From the NCBI GenBank assembly GCA_030429765.1, contig JAUIER010000002.1:42126-106125 (forward strand): a DNA stretch of 64,000 bases, read 5' to 3'. Positions within the stretch are counted from its first letter, which is position 1; each line of letters begins with the position of its first letter. Shown here one piece after another: positions 38,842-47,536 of the stretch. The notes under the pieces are model-generated. The model made no database searches. It saw nothing but the letters and a program-made list of their open reading frames with translations, and was not told the DNA's origin. This DNA comes from a bacterium (GTDB taxonomy: Bacteria; Omnitrophota; Gorgyraeia; Zapsychrales; Zapsychraceae). The position numbers were made by a program, and so were the translations under genes.

Positions 38842-40239
38842 ATGTCATTTGTAACCTTCACATTAACCGCCGTCATTTTTCCGACAATAATCGGATACAT
38901 CCTCATCCGTCGATTACTGCCATCCATCACCCTGCCAACGGGAGTATGGATCGCCCTGGGATACGGTATGGGGACTGGCATATTGACACAATTGATGCTG
39001 CTTCTGGCTATTGGTAAAGTACCGCTAACCCTGGCCCCAATCGCCATCGGAATGTTGAGCATCGGACTTTTGGCGCTCATCAAGCGAAACAGCAGCTCCG
39101 AACGGATTCAACTCAATCCCAGATTGCCGGACCCCGATCAAAAGATCGATCTGATCTCCGTGTTTTGCAAAAGTTACATTATATTGTGCGTCCTCTACGT
39201 CATCTTTCGTGCGATTCACATCCCCCTCTACACGTGGGATGCCTATTCATGTAATGGTTTCAAGGCCAAGGCCCTTTATTTCGAACAATCCCTGAGCCTG
39301 CTGCATAACATGCCGCATTATGAATACCCGCTGCATGTGCCGTTCCTTCAGGTATGGGCGTCGATTTCGGCCAACATGTGGCATGACCAGTGGATCAAAA
39401 TCTTCTTTCCGCTTTACACACTCGCGCTGATCACGGTCCTGCATTTCACGTTGCGTCTGCACGTATCCAAGCAATGGGCCCTGTTTGGGCTCGCTGTGAT
39501 CTTGTCATCCAATCTGTATGTGTACCATTCCACAATTTCCTATCGGGATATCACATTGGCCTACTACGTCAATACCTCCATCGCCATGCTGCTGCTCTGG
39601 ATGAAGTCGCGGCAAAATTCGTTGCTCCTGACAGCTGGAATTTTTACAGGATTTGCGACGTTCGTCAAGCTTGACGCGGCAGGCTATTTGCTTGTCCTTA
39701 TGTCGATGATGTTTTTCCTCGTTGTCTTTGACCGATCGATGAAACTTCCGGCGAAAGTCCGCCATTTCTTTCTCTTTACCCTGCCGGCCGTGCTGATTTG
39801 TCTGGTGTATAACATCTACAAAATCCTGGTCATCGAGCCGCGTATTCCGGCTGTTGAGGGCGAAAAAATGAGCTTCGATCTTTTTAGTGTGAAGATCAAA
39901 CTGGGATTAGATACCTTGGTGAAACTGCAGACCGTACTGGGACGGATTTTTGAAAATCTCTTCTTCAGCGGTAACTGGAGCGTTATCTGGCTGCTGTTTG
40001 CCATCAGCCTGATACATTTGCGTTCCATCAAAGTCACCGCGGAAATTCGTATACTCCTCTATGCCATCGTCGCGTTTATGGGAATCCAAATCCTCGGATA
40101 CACGCTCACGCAGTATTATTTCTGGATCGCGCAGACCAACACGAGCCTCTCGCGTCACCTGCTGCACTATTTTCCCATTGTTGTTTCTCTAATGGTTTTG
40201 ATTAATGGAGGGGAATTAGTTGATCAGTCGGACGACTAA
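38842..40239 (+). CDS. Polytopic membrane protein, GT-C-like candidate, paralog B of 36222..37598
   Basis: 465 aa, collinear similarity to paralog A across the whole length. Confidence 0.55.
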   Translation: MSFVTFTLTAVIFPTIIGYILIRRLLPSITLPTGVWIALGYGMGTGILTQLMLLLAIGKVPLTLAPIAIGMLSIGLLALIKRNSSSERIQLNPRLPDPDQKIDLISVFCKSYIILCVLYVIFRAIHIPLYTWDAYSCNGFKAKALYFEQSLSLLHNMPHYEYPLHVPFLQVWASISANMWHDQWIKIFFPLYTLALITVLHFTLRLHVSKQWALFGLAVILSSNLYVYHSTISYRDITLAYYVNTSIAMLLLWMKSRQNSLLLTAGIFTGFATFVKLDAAGYLLVLMSMMFFLVVFDRSMKLPAKVRHFFLFTLPAVLICLVYNIYKILVIEPRIPAVEGEKMSFDLFSVKIKLGLDTLVKLQTVLGRIFENLFFSGNWSVIWLLFAISLIHLRSIKVTAEIRILLYAIVAFMGIQILGYTLTQYYFWIAQTNTSLSRHLLHYFPIVVSLMVLINGGELVDQSDD

Positions 40240-41111
40240 CCCTTGGTCAGATATAAATTGATATATCGCTCACCTGAACACATGCTGATCATTTCCGCAT
40301 GGCTCATCCGTGTTACTTCTCTTTTATGATCATTGATGACTGAAATCTCAAATCCATATGATTCCAACTGGGCAAGAAATTGTTCGGCGGTATATTCATA
40401 GCTTTGGTAGACACAGGGGAAAAACTCGCAGAAGGCGATCAGTTTGGACTGACGCGCGATTAAGGTCTCCATCCCCTTCAGCGCCAGAGGTTCGGCGCCC
40501 TGAATATCAATTTTAATCACATCAATGCGAAGATCATCCGGCAGCAGGTCATCGAGTTTGACGGCCTTCACCGAAACAGATTTACGATTGTCTCCGGAAT
40601 CAAAGATCCGATGATCACCGCGGTTCTCTTCGCAGAAATAAAGTTTTAACTCACCGGGCTGATCGGACACGGCATTCTGAAACAATTTAACGTTCGCGCA
40701 TTGATTCGCTTCCACATTCTTCGTAAGCAGCCGGAAATTTTCTGGATCGGGCTCAAACGCGAATACCTGCCCGCCCGCGCCGACCTTCTTGGAAATCTGC
40801 AGGGTGTGATAACCAATATTCGCCCCGATATCCAGCACATTCATGTCAGGCTGTATCGTGGAGTTCATCAGTGAAGTCTCATAGTCTTCTAAGGTCGAAT
40901 ATTTCCACAAAAACATCGCGGCAATACGGTCGAGCGTGTTGCCATACATCTTCATACCTTTGACATTGATACAACGGTCGGACTTCTGCTTAAAAAACTT
41001 GGCCAGTCCACGCAGTATCGGTTTGAACCAGTGCAGCTGGGATAGGACATAAAGGCCTCTTAAAATACTGTAGGCGATTGATTTGATGATGTAGGACGGA
41101 GAAATTTTCAT
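40236..41111 (-). CDS. FkbM-family SAM-dependent methyltransferase
   Basis: VLDIGANIGYHTL...VFAFEPDPENF...IDVIKIDIQGAE is the Methyltransf_21/FkbM pattern. Tail-to-tail 4-nt overlap with the plus-strand cassette. Confidence 0.8.
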   Translation of the reverse strand: MKISPSYIIKSIAYSILRGLYVLSQLHWFKPILRGLAKFFKQKSDRCINVKGMKMYGNTLDRIAAMFLWKYSTLEDYETSLMNSTIQPDMNVLDIGANIGYHTLQISKKVGAGGQVFAFEPDPENFRLLTKNVEANQCANVKLFQNAVSDQPGELKLYFCEENRGDHRIFDSGDNRKSVSVKAVKLDDLLPDDLRIDVIKIDIQGAEPLALKGMETLIARQSKLIAFCEFFPCVYQSYEYTAEQFLAQLESYGFEISVINDHKREVTRMSHAEMISMCSGERYINLYLTKG

Positions 41112-41133
41112 GAGCGGAAATATCCTCTATCGG

Positions 41134-41859
41134 TTATTTCTCCGCCTTGACATAAAGTGATCCGGCTATTTCTTTGAGGATGGGAATTTTTTCGACGGTT
41201 CGGCCCAGCCCATTGACGAAACCGATCAGACTCTTGGGTGTTCCCGGATGCAGGAAGTCAAACAGCTGGATATGAACATTCTTAAAACCAAATGATTCGA
41301 TCTGGGCCTTGAGCTTCCAGCGGATAAACGCGATTTCATCCGGCGAGACATGCATCTTTTTCTGGAGATAGGGTATGCGCCGTTCAAGAAAAATCTGCGG
41401 ATTCATCAGGTTCGGCTCGGTGAAGTACATCGATCCGCCCGGCTTAAGCACCCGGTAACATTCCTTGAGGGCCTGATCGACCTCCAGGTGATGAAGAACT
41501 GAACTTCCAACCACCGAGTCAAAAGATTCGTCCTCATAGGTTAAATCATACGCATTCTCAACTTTGAATGTTACATTCTCCGCCGGAACACGGACTTTGG
41601 CCACATCGAGCAGTTCAGGTGAAATGTCATTGGCAATGATCGTCGCGCCGCTTTGCGCCAAATACTCCGTAAAGTATCCTACACCACAGCCCAATTCCAG
41701 GACATTCATATCTTCAGTAATATGTGATGTCAGCATCTTGACCCGGCGTTGCCAACGGATTTGTCCGGCCGGCGTCTCCCAGTACCAAAATGTACCCGAC
41801 CATGACTCGCGCAGATGCTTGCCATGTTCTATTTCATTTTTTATACGCTGGTCGGACAT
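41134..41859 (-). CDS. Class I SAM-dependent methyltransferase
   Basis: VLELGCGVGYFT (motif I)...LKPGGSMYF. Confidence 0.8.
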   Translation of the reverse strand: MSDQRIKNEIEHGKHLRESWSGTFWYWETPAGQIRWQRRVKMLTSHITEDMNVLELGCGVGYFTEYLAQSGATIIANDISPELLDVAKVRVPAENVTFKVENAYDLTYEDESFDSVVGSSVLHHLEVDQALKECYRVLKPGGSMYFTEPNLMNPQIFLERRIPYLQKKMHVSPDEIAFIRWKLKAQIESFGFKNVHIQLFDFLHPGTPKSLIGFVNGLGRTVEKIPILKEIAGSLYVKAEK

Positions 41860-41867
41860 TGAACGTA

Positions 41868-43301
41868 TTAGTCCTCACGTTTTTTATAGAATTCTTTACG
41901 AGGTACAAGGATCAGCTCGCGGAAACCGCGGAAACAGGCCGTCAGCAAATGAATCCCGTGCTGCAGCGATCGCATTTTAGACTCACCGGAAACTCGGGAT
42001 TTGTAATGCACCGGAACTTCCATGATCTTGCTCCCCATCTTGGCCGCCCCGAACAACAGATCAAAATCACCCCATTTGTCCTTGCCCCATTTCATCCGCT
42101 TGAAATCACGCTTATAAAGCGCCTTGGTCCCGCAGAGCGTGTCCGTCAAATTTTGTTGAGTAATGAAGCTCATAAGCCAACCGAAAATCTTGTTCCCGAA
42201 TAAATTGGTCATACGCATCGCCTGATCTTCCATCGGATACACCAGCCGGGTCCCATTGACAAACTGACACAGCCCCTTATTAAGAGGATCAAAAAAGCGC
42301 GGTAATTCTTCCGGCGGCGTGGAGATATCCGCATCCAGGATCATGATCACCTCTTCCTCGGCGGCATCAAATCCAGCCTTAACCGCCTGCCCCTTACCAC
42401 GATTCGGACTGTAATCGATCAGTTTAAGATTAGGAAATTCCCCCTGCAGCGACCTGACCTTATCAGCCGTTCCATCCGAACTTCCGTCATTGACAACCAC
42501 GATCTCTGTTCGCTTGCCCATCGACGGCACCCGTCGAATCGCGTCTTCGATATTTCCCTCTTCGTTGTAGCACGGAATGATGACCGAACAGCCGTAGCCC
42601 AGATCGACCTCGTTCTTGGGTTCCGGTTGGATGGTGAGATATTGCGTGGAGGATAACTTGCTGAACGGCCACAAACGCACACCGACGGAATTCGCCAGGT
42701 ACGATAGGAGTGGAATATTCTTGGGGAACAGCAATAGGTGACCATAGTAACTGACATCAAAATCCATCAGTCCCAGCATTTTGACCAGACTTTTTCGCTC
42801 GATGAAGTTATGCGGGCCTTCCGGCATCTTGGCCTTGATCTTTTCCATAAACATCAGGACCGGATCCCACCACGGATTAATCGTCGTCAGAAAAATTTTG
42901 GTCGTCGGTTTGCAGAATCGATAGGCACTGCGGAAAATATCCTGAACATCATAAACATGGTCGACGACGTCAACCATGATGATATAATCAAACTTTTCGT
43001 CGATATCCAGATCCTCGGCCGGTGAGTGAATGAATTCATATTGAGGAAATTTCTCCCGGGCCAGTTTGACCATCTCCCCACTGATATCGACACCAACCCC
43101 CCGCGAAGGCTCCATATACGCCAGGATTTCTCCGGTTCCGCAACCGAACTCCAGCACCGAACTCCCCTTGGGAATCATACGTGACATAAACGCCTTGAGC
43201 GTGTTGTAATAGTAGGCGTTCTTCTTTTTCCAATGATCGTAATTGGGAGCGATCTTATCAAAATGCTCCCGGACTTCATCCTTGGTCATGATTGGACACA
43301 T
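41868..43301 (-). CDS. Fusion protein: N-terminal class I SAM methyltransferase + C-terminal GT2 polyprenyl-phosphate sugar synthase (Dpm1/ArnC/GtrB-like)
   Basis: N-terminus has VLEFGCGTGEIL. C-terminus has SVIIPCYNEEGNI...VVNDGSSDGT...ILDADISTPPEEL (DxD), typical of the GT2 Dpm1 family. The ATG at 43301 is preceded by GGAA. Confidence 0.85.
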   Translation of the reverse strand: MCPIMTKDEVREHFDKIAPNYDHWKKKNAYYYNTLKAFMSRMIPKGSSVLEFGCGTGEILAYMEPSRGVGVDISGEMVKLAREKFPQYEFIHSPAEDLDIDEKFDYIIMVDVVDHVYDVQDIFRSAYRFCKPTTKIFLTTINPWWDPVLMFMEKIKAKMPEGPHNFIERKSLVKMLGLMDFDVSYYGHLLLFPKNIPLLSYLANSVGVRLWPFSKLSSTQYLTIQPEPKNEVDLGYGCSVIIPCYNEEGNIEDAIRRVPSMGKRTEIVVVNDGSSDGTADKVRSLQGEFPNLKLIDYSPNRGKGQAVKAGFDAAEEEVIMILDADISTPPEELPRFFDPLNKGLCQFVNGTRLVYPMEDQAMRMTNLFGNKIFGWLMSFITQQNLTDTLCGTKALYKRDFKRMKWGKDKWGDFDLLFGAAKMGSKIMEVPVHYKSRVSGESKMRSLQHGIHLLTACFRGFRELILVPRKEFYKKRED

Positions 43302-43307
43302 AAGCCG

Positions 43308-44099
43308 TTATTTCCTGTCTCTGAGTTTTGCGAGTAAGCGCAATATTTCGATATACAGCCAAACCAGGGTCACCAAGAGTCCAAATGCGCCATACCATTC
43401 TAGATACTTTGGCGCTCCGTTCTGCGCCCCTTGTTCGATAAAGTCAAAATCCAAGACCAAATTCAGTGCGGCGATGGTCACGACGACCAGACTGAAACCG
43501 ATCCCAATCGGGCTGCTGCCCCATCGCATATCATAGAACAGATTCACATTGAACAAACTCGCCACGAATGTCACGACATAGAACAGACAAATGGCTCCGG
43601 TCGCGGCAAATACGCCTGCCCGAAACTTTTGCGTAGCCCGCACCAACCCGGATTTATATGCCAGCAGCAGCGCGAATAAAGTCCCAAAGGTCAATCCAAC
43701 CGCCTGGAAAACGATGCCGGGATACTGCATCTCAAAAAAGGCCGAGATCCCTCCGATCGCCAAACCTTCAAGCAAGGCATAAACAGGCCCGGTGACCGGC
43801 GCCCATTCCTTTTTAAAGGCCGTCACGATCGCCACAATAAAACCGCCAATCAGGCCGACCATCATAAATGTCATCACTGACTGAGGGGTGCCGACCGGTT
43901 CAGACGAAAAACCTTCCATCAACGGTGACACTTCCGTCATGAGCTTCCCCCACACCCATGAAGCCGTCATCATCAGTAGACCCAGAAGGACGAATGTCTT
44001 GTTGACCGTTCCCTGAATTGTCATCGGTTCACCGGATGACATGTTATAGTTCGACGTCTCAAACGCCGTTTGAGTCATCACTGGATTGGATGTTCGCAT
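43308..44099 (-). CDS. 7-TM membrane protein, possibly Bax-inhibitor-1/YccA-like
   Basis: 263 aa, about 7 predicted TM helices, and a C-terminal amphipathic charged tail. Family call is weak. Confidence 0.4.
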   Translation of the reverse strand: MRTSNPVMTQTAFETSNYNMSSGEPMTIQGTVNKTFVLLGLLMMTASWVWGKLMTEVSPLMEGFSSEPVGTPQSVMTFMMVGLIGGFIVAIVTAFKKEWAPVTGPVYALLEGLAIGGISAFFEMQYPGIVFQAVGLTFGTLFALLLAYKSGLVRATQKFRAGVFAATGAICLFYVVTFVASLFNVNLFYDMRWGSSPIGIGFSLVVVTIAALNLVLDFDFIEQGAQNGAPKYLEWYGAFGLLVTLVWLYIEILRLLAKLRDRK

Positions 44100-44108
44100 A
44101 TTACCCTC

Positions 44109-44564
44109 CTAAAAAACCACCGCCCACCGGATGGCGATGTGCATAATGATATTCGTATAAATCCCGGCCACCACATCGTCGGTCATAATTCCCAGACCGC
44201 CTTCAAATTCTTCAAATTTATTCACCGGGTAGAGCTTGAACATATCAAACGCCCGGAACAAAAAAAAGGCCGTGATGTATACGGTGAGATCGAGCGGCAA
44301 TAAAAACAACGCCAGCATAATCCCTGAAACTTCATCAATCACGACACATCCCGGATCCTTCTTATCGAGCAAATCTTCCATCGGACCGCTAACCAGCAAT
44401 CCCAATACCGTCACGGCAATTAGAACAAGTATATACGCAAAAGGCATATCTGCCAATAGGATGCATAACAAAGCCCCGGCAAAACTGGCCAGAGACCCCG
44501 GTGCGACCGGGAAATTGCCTATGTAAAATACCGTTGAGGTGATTCGTACAAAACCGTCAGACAC
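44109..44564 (-). CDS. pgpA: Phosphatidylglycerophosphatase A
   Basis: FYIGNFPVAPGSLASFAG...VVIDEVSG...GGLGIMTDDVVAG are the PgpA motifs. Confidence 0.88.
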   Translation of the reverse strand: MSDGFVRITSTVFYIGNFPVAPGSLASFAGALLCILLADMPFAYILVLIAVTVLGLLVSGPMEDLLDKKDPGCVVIDEVSGIMLALFLLPLDLTVYITAFFLFRAFDMFKLYPVNKFEEFEGGLGIMTDDVVAGIYTNIIMHIAIRWAVVF

Positions 44565-45141
44565 CGATAACCCTTCTATTGTTGAGGAAATAGGACACTC
44601 CCGATACCAGCGTCAGCGTAACCGCCACCAGGATCAGGTACTCGATGATCTCCATCCAGTAGTGCACCGATAATTCACTCCAATTTTTAAAACCGGTTGT
44701 TTCCGAGAAAACAACATAGATCAGAATCACACCCGCCGCGATCACCTGTGAGGCCGTCTTGTACTTCCCAAGCTTTTCCGCCGCAAGGACTTTCCCCTTT
44801 GATTTAGCATTGATCCGCATAATCGTGATAAAAACCTCACGCCCAAAAATGACCAAAAACGCCAGTACGGTCACCAGCCCCATCTTCACAAAGATCAAAA
44901 AGGCCGACAACATCAGGAATTTGTCCGCGATCGGATCCATTAACTTCCCGAAATCGGAGATCATATTGTGCTTCTTGGCAATGTAACCGTCATAAAAATC
45001 CGTAAACGAGGCGATAAAAAATATGATGGCTCCCATGAGCTTGGGGAAGAAACCCTCACCCGAGATAAACATAATAAACAGAACCGTCAGGACAATTCGG
45101 GAAATTGTCAACGTATTCGGTGATATCATTACGTAGGCCAT
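44557..45141 (-). CDS. pgsA: CDP-diacylglycerol--glycerol-3-phosphate 3-phosphatidyltransferase
   Basis: CDP-alcohol phosphatidyltransferase motif DFYDGYIAKK...G...DPIADK. Confidence 0.88.
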   Translation of the reverse strand: MAYVMISPNTLTISRIVLTVLFIMFISGEGFFPKLMGAIIFFIASFTDFYDGYIAKKHNMISDFGKLMDPIADKFLMLSAFLIFVKMGLVTVLAFLVIFGREVFITIMRINAKSKGKVLAAEKLGKYKTASQVIAAGVILIYVVFSETTGFKNWSELSVHYWMEIIEYLILVAVTLTLVSGVSYFLNNRRVIGV

Positions 45142-46448
45142 ATGGCGTCTCCTGTCAAATCGTATTCATAGGAATCAAGTATTTTTACGTCCACAAAATC
45201 TCCGGGTTGAAGCTTTTGCGCGCTGTGAACATAAACCACTCCATCCACATCCGGCGCGTCGTATTCGCTGCGCCCGATGTACATATCTTCTTCATTTGCC
45301 TGCGGCTCGTCGATCAGCACCTTGAGCGTACGGCCGACATAGCCTTGCTGTATCTCTTCCGAGATCTCCTGCTGCAGATTCATTAATTCATCCCGCCGCT
45401 GTTTTTTAATCTTGTCGGGAACATGATTCGGCATAGAGTAGGCTGGCGTCTGTTCCTCTTTAGAGTAAACAAACGTCCCCATCTTCTCAAAACGGGTATC
45501 ACGGACAAAATCTTTGAGCTCCTGAAAATCCTGATCTGTTTCACCTGGCAACCCAACTATAAATGTGGTTCGCAGACTTCCCGTGGGCATACTGGCTTTA
45601 AACTTGTTCATCAGATCAATCGTTCCCTGACGCGTAATGTTGCGGTTCATCGACTCCAGCAAGTGATCACTGATGTGCTGAAGCGGCACATCAATATATT
45701 TGCAAATTTTAGGTTCCGTGGCCATCACCTCAATCAGCTCATCGGTGACATGCGCCGGAAAGGCATAGAGCAACCGAATCCATTGGATATTCTGCGTCAC
45801 CGCGACGATCTTTTTGAGAAGTTTCGCGAGGCTCAATTCACGGTACAAATCCATCCCGTACGCCGTGATATCCTGTCCGATCAGATTGATCTCGACGACA
45901 CCCTGCGCATCCAGCCGCTGAACTTCTTCCAGAATCGATTCAAACGTGCGCGAGACAAACTTACCCTTGAGCTTCGGGATAATACAAAAGCTGCATTTAT
46001 TGTAGCAGCTCTCGCTGATCTTAACGTACGCAAAATGCTTGGGTGTGAGCGAGACATCCGACGGGATATCATCCCGATTTAGCTTCTGCGCGCCGATAAT
46101 CGCGTCGATATCTTTAAACTCCTCAGCCAATTCCTTGTGATAGCGCTGTGCCAGACATCCGGCGACTATCACTTTTTTAAGTTTCCCCTGTCGCTTGAGT
46201 TCCAACAGATCGATGATCGTATCAATCGACTCCTGTTTGGCTTCGTCTATGAAAGAACACGTGTTTACAATCGCGACCTCAGAATGCTCCAGATCCACTA
46301 TCCGGTGTCCATTACGCTTGAGATTGCTCAACAGCGTCTGGGAATCCACCAGATTTCGGGCGCAGCCCAAGTTGACGAGTCCCACCTTCTGCCCCTGTTT
46401 CAGCCGTTCGCTATGAAAATCATCCGTTGTCTTTGCTGGGTGAATCAT
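45129..46448 (-). CDS. rimO: Ribosomal protein S12 methylthiotransferase RimO (MiaB-like radical SAM)
   Basis: MTTase N-terminal domain (VGLVNLGCARN), radical-SAM CxxxCxxC (CYNKCSFC) and a TRAM C-terminus. Confidence 0.85.
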   Translation of the reverse strand: MIHPAKTTDDFHSERLKQGQKVGLVNLGCARNLVDSQTLLSNLKRNGHRIVDLEHSEVAIVNTCSFIDEAKQESIDTIIDLLELKRQGKLKKVIVAGCLAQRYHKELAEEFKDIDAIIGAQKLNRDDIPSDVSLTPKHFAYVKISESCYNKCSFCIIPKLKGKFVSRTFESILEEVQRLDAQGVVEINLIGQDITAYGMDLYRELSLAKLLKKIVAVTQNIQWIRLLYAFPAHVTDELIEVMATEPKICKYIDVPLQHISDHLLESMNRNITRQGTIDLMNKFKASMPTGSLRTTFIVGLPGETDQDFQELKDFVRDTRFEKMGTFVYSKEEQTPAYSMPNHVPDKIKKQRRDELMNLQQEISEEIQQGYVGRTLKVLIDEPQANEEDMYIGRSEYDAPDVDGVVYVHSAQKLQPGDFVDVKILDSYEYDLTGDAIWPT

Positions 46449-47536
46449 TTTGTTACCGACAATCCATCTTTCGTAATCGTCACACTCTTAGCCTTACGAT
46501 TCTTGCGACCTAATGTTCCAATCAAATTTCCGTTGAGTTCAAATTCCAAATGAATAATGTTCTTGCCTGTTATCTCGATTTGATCATTCGCCCGCCATGT
46601 CTCGACGACCCCCTTATTCAGCGTGGACTGAAAGACGGTTCTGTCATCGGCTTTCACTCTTAACCAGCTCTTTTTGAGCGCCCGGACCGTTAAATTAATT
46701 TCTTTTGAGACCGGTTGTGAAACCACCGGTATTGGTTCAATTGGTTGAGACGGTGTGGGCGCCGGAGCCTGGGCGACCGGTTGGGCCACGGGCGCCGGAT
46801 TGGTGGCCGGGGTTGTCACGGCCGCCACTGGAGCTGCTGCCGGCGGCGTTGGAGCTGGTGCCGGCGTTGGCTTAGGGCGATTGGCTTCAGCCTTTTTTTC
46901 CTTTTTCTTCGCCTCGGCGGCTGCAGCCGCTTTCTTTTTCTGCTCAGCCTTCTTGGCCGCCTCTGCTTTTTTATCGACCTTCTTGACAACCTGCCCCTTG
47001 TCCTTCTTCGGCCGGTTATGAAAATAGTGATTGAGAAATACGATTGTCTTGAAAAGAATAAACAAACCCAAGATCCCGCCGGCAATCGTGATCAGCTGAC
47101 GTTTACGCTGATGCGTAAAATACTTTTTCATGGTCTGCTTAACACGGAATTCAAAATCAGAATCCACATCCGTGGTCTTAACTTCCGCCGCCGGCTTTTC
47201 TTCCTTGAATTCCTGAAGCACATCCGAAATATCAACATTCAGATACGTCGAATAAATCTTCAAAAACCCTTTGATGTAAAAGGGAGACAGCGTGCGGATC
47301 GTATAACCTTCCTCAATTGCTCTGAGCGCGTCCATCGGAATCTTGGTGGATTCATGAACAGCCTCAAGCGATAAGCCTTTCTCCAATCGCGCTTCTTTGA
47401 GGATCTCACCGCTGCGCCGCGGAGGCGTCCGGCTTTCTTCCAGCATCCGCTTGGCATGTTCAACGACGGAATCTTCTTTGTGCGTTTCTTCGACTTGGTC
47501 GAGTGTTTCTTCAGGGCTGTCTGACTTAGGACTCAT
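46445..47536 (-). CDS. rodZ: Cytoskeleton protein RodZ-like (HTH + TM + Pro/Ala-rich linker + C-terminal beta domain)
   Basis: XRE-type HTH (GEILKEARLEKGLSLEAVHESTKIP), a single TM, a PAPAPTPPAAAP-rich linker, and a DUF4115-like C-terminus. The ATG at 47536 is preceded by GGTGA; the track start is a GTG. Confidence 0.75.
   Translation of the reverse strand: MSPKSDSPEETLDQVEETHKEDSVVEHAKRMLEESRTPPRRSGEILKEARLEKGLSLEAVHESTKIPMDALRAIEEGYTIRTLSPFYIKGFLKIYSTYLNVDISDVLQEFKEEKPAAEVKTTDVDSDFEFRVKQTMKKYFTHQRKRQLITIAGGILGLFILFKTIVFLNHYFHNRPKKDKGQVVKKVDKKAEAAKKAEQKKKAAAAAEAKKKEKKAEANRPKPTPAPAPTPPAAAPVAAVTTPATNPAPVAQPVAQAPAPTPSQPIEPIPVVSQPVSKEINLTVRALKKSWLRVKADDRTVFQSTLNKGVVETWRANDQIEITGKNIIHLEFELNGNLIGTLGRKNRKAKSVTITKDGLSVTK

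Noticed and set aside
43308-44099. Calling the 7-TM protein a confident Bax-inhibitor-1/YccA homolog
   Set aside because: Only the C-terminal amphipathic pattern is weakly similar, and the N-terminal 50 aa and TM spacing are atypical. Kept as a low-confidence annotation only.
46745-47374. Plus-strand ORFs and an Arg-rich minus ORF inside the rodZ Pro/Ala-rich linker
   Set aside because: Low-complexity GC-rich linker DNA yields open frames in all phases. Only the RodZ frame has HTH-TM-linker-beta domain logic.
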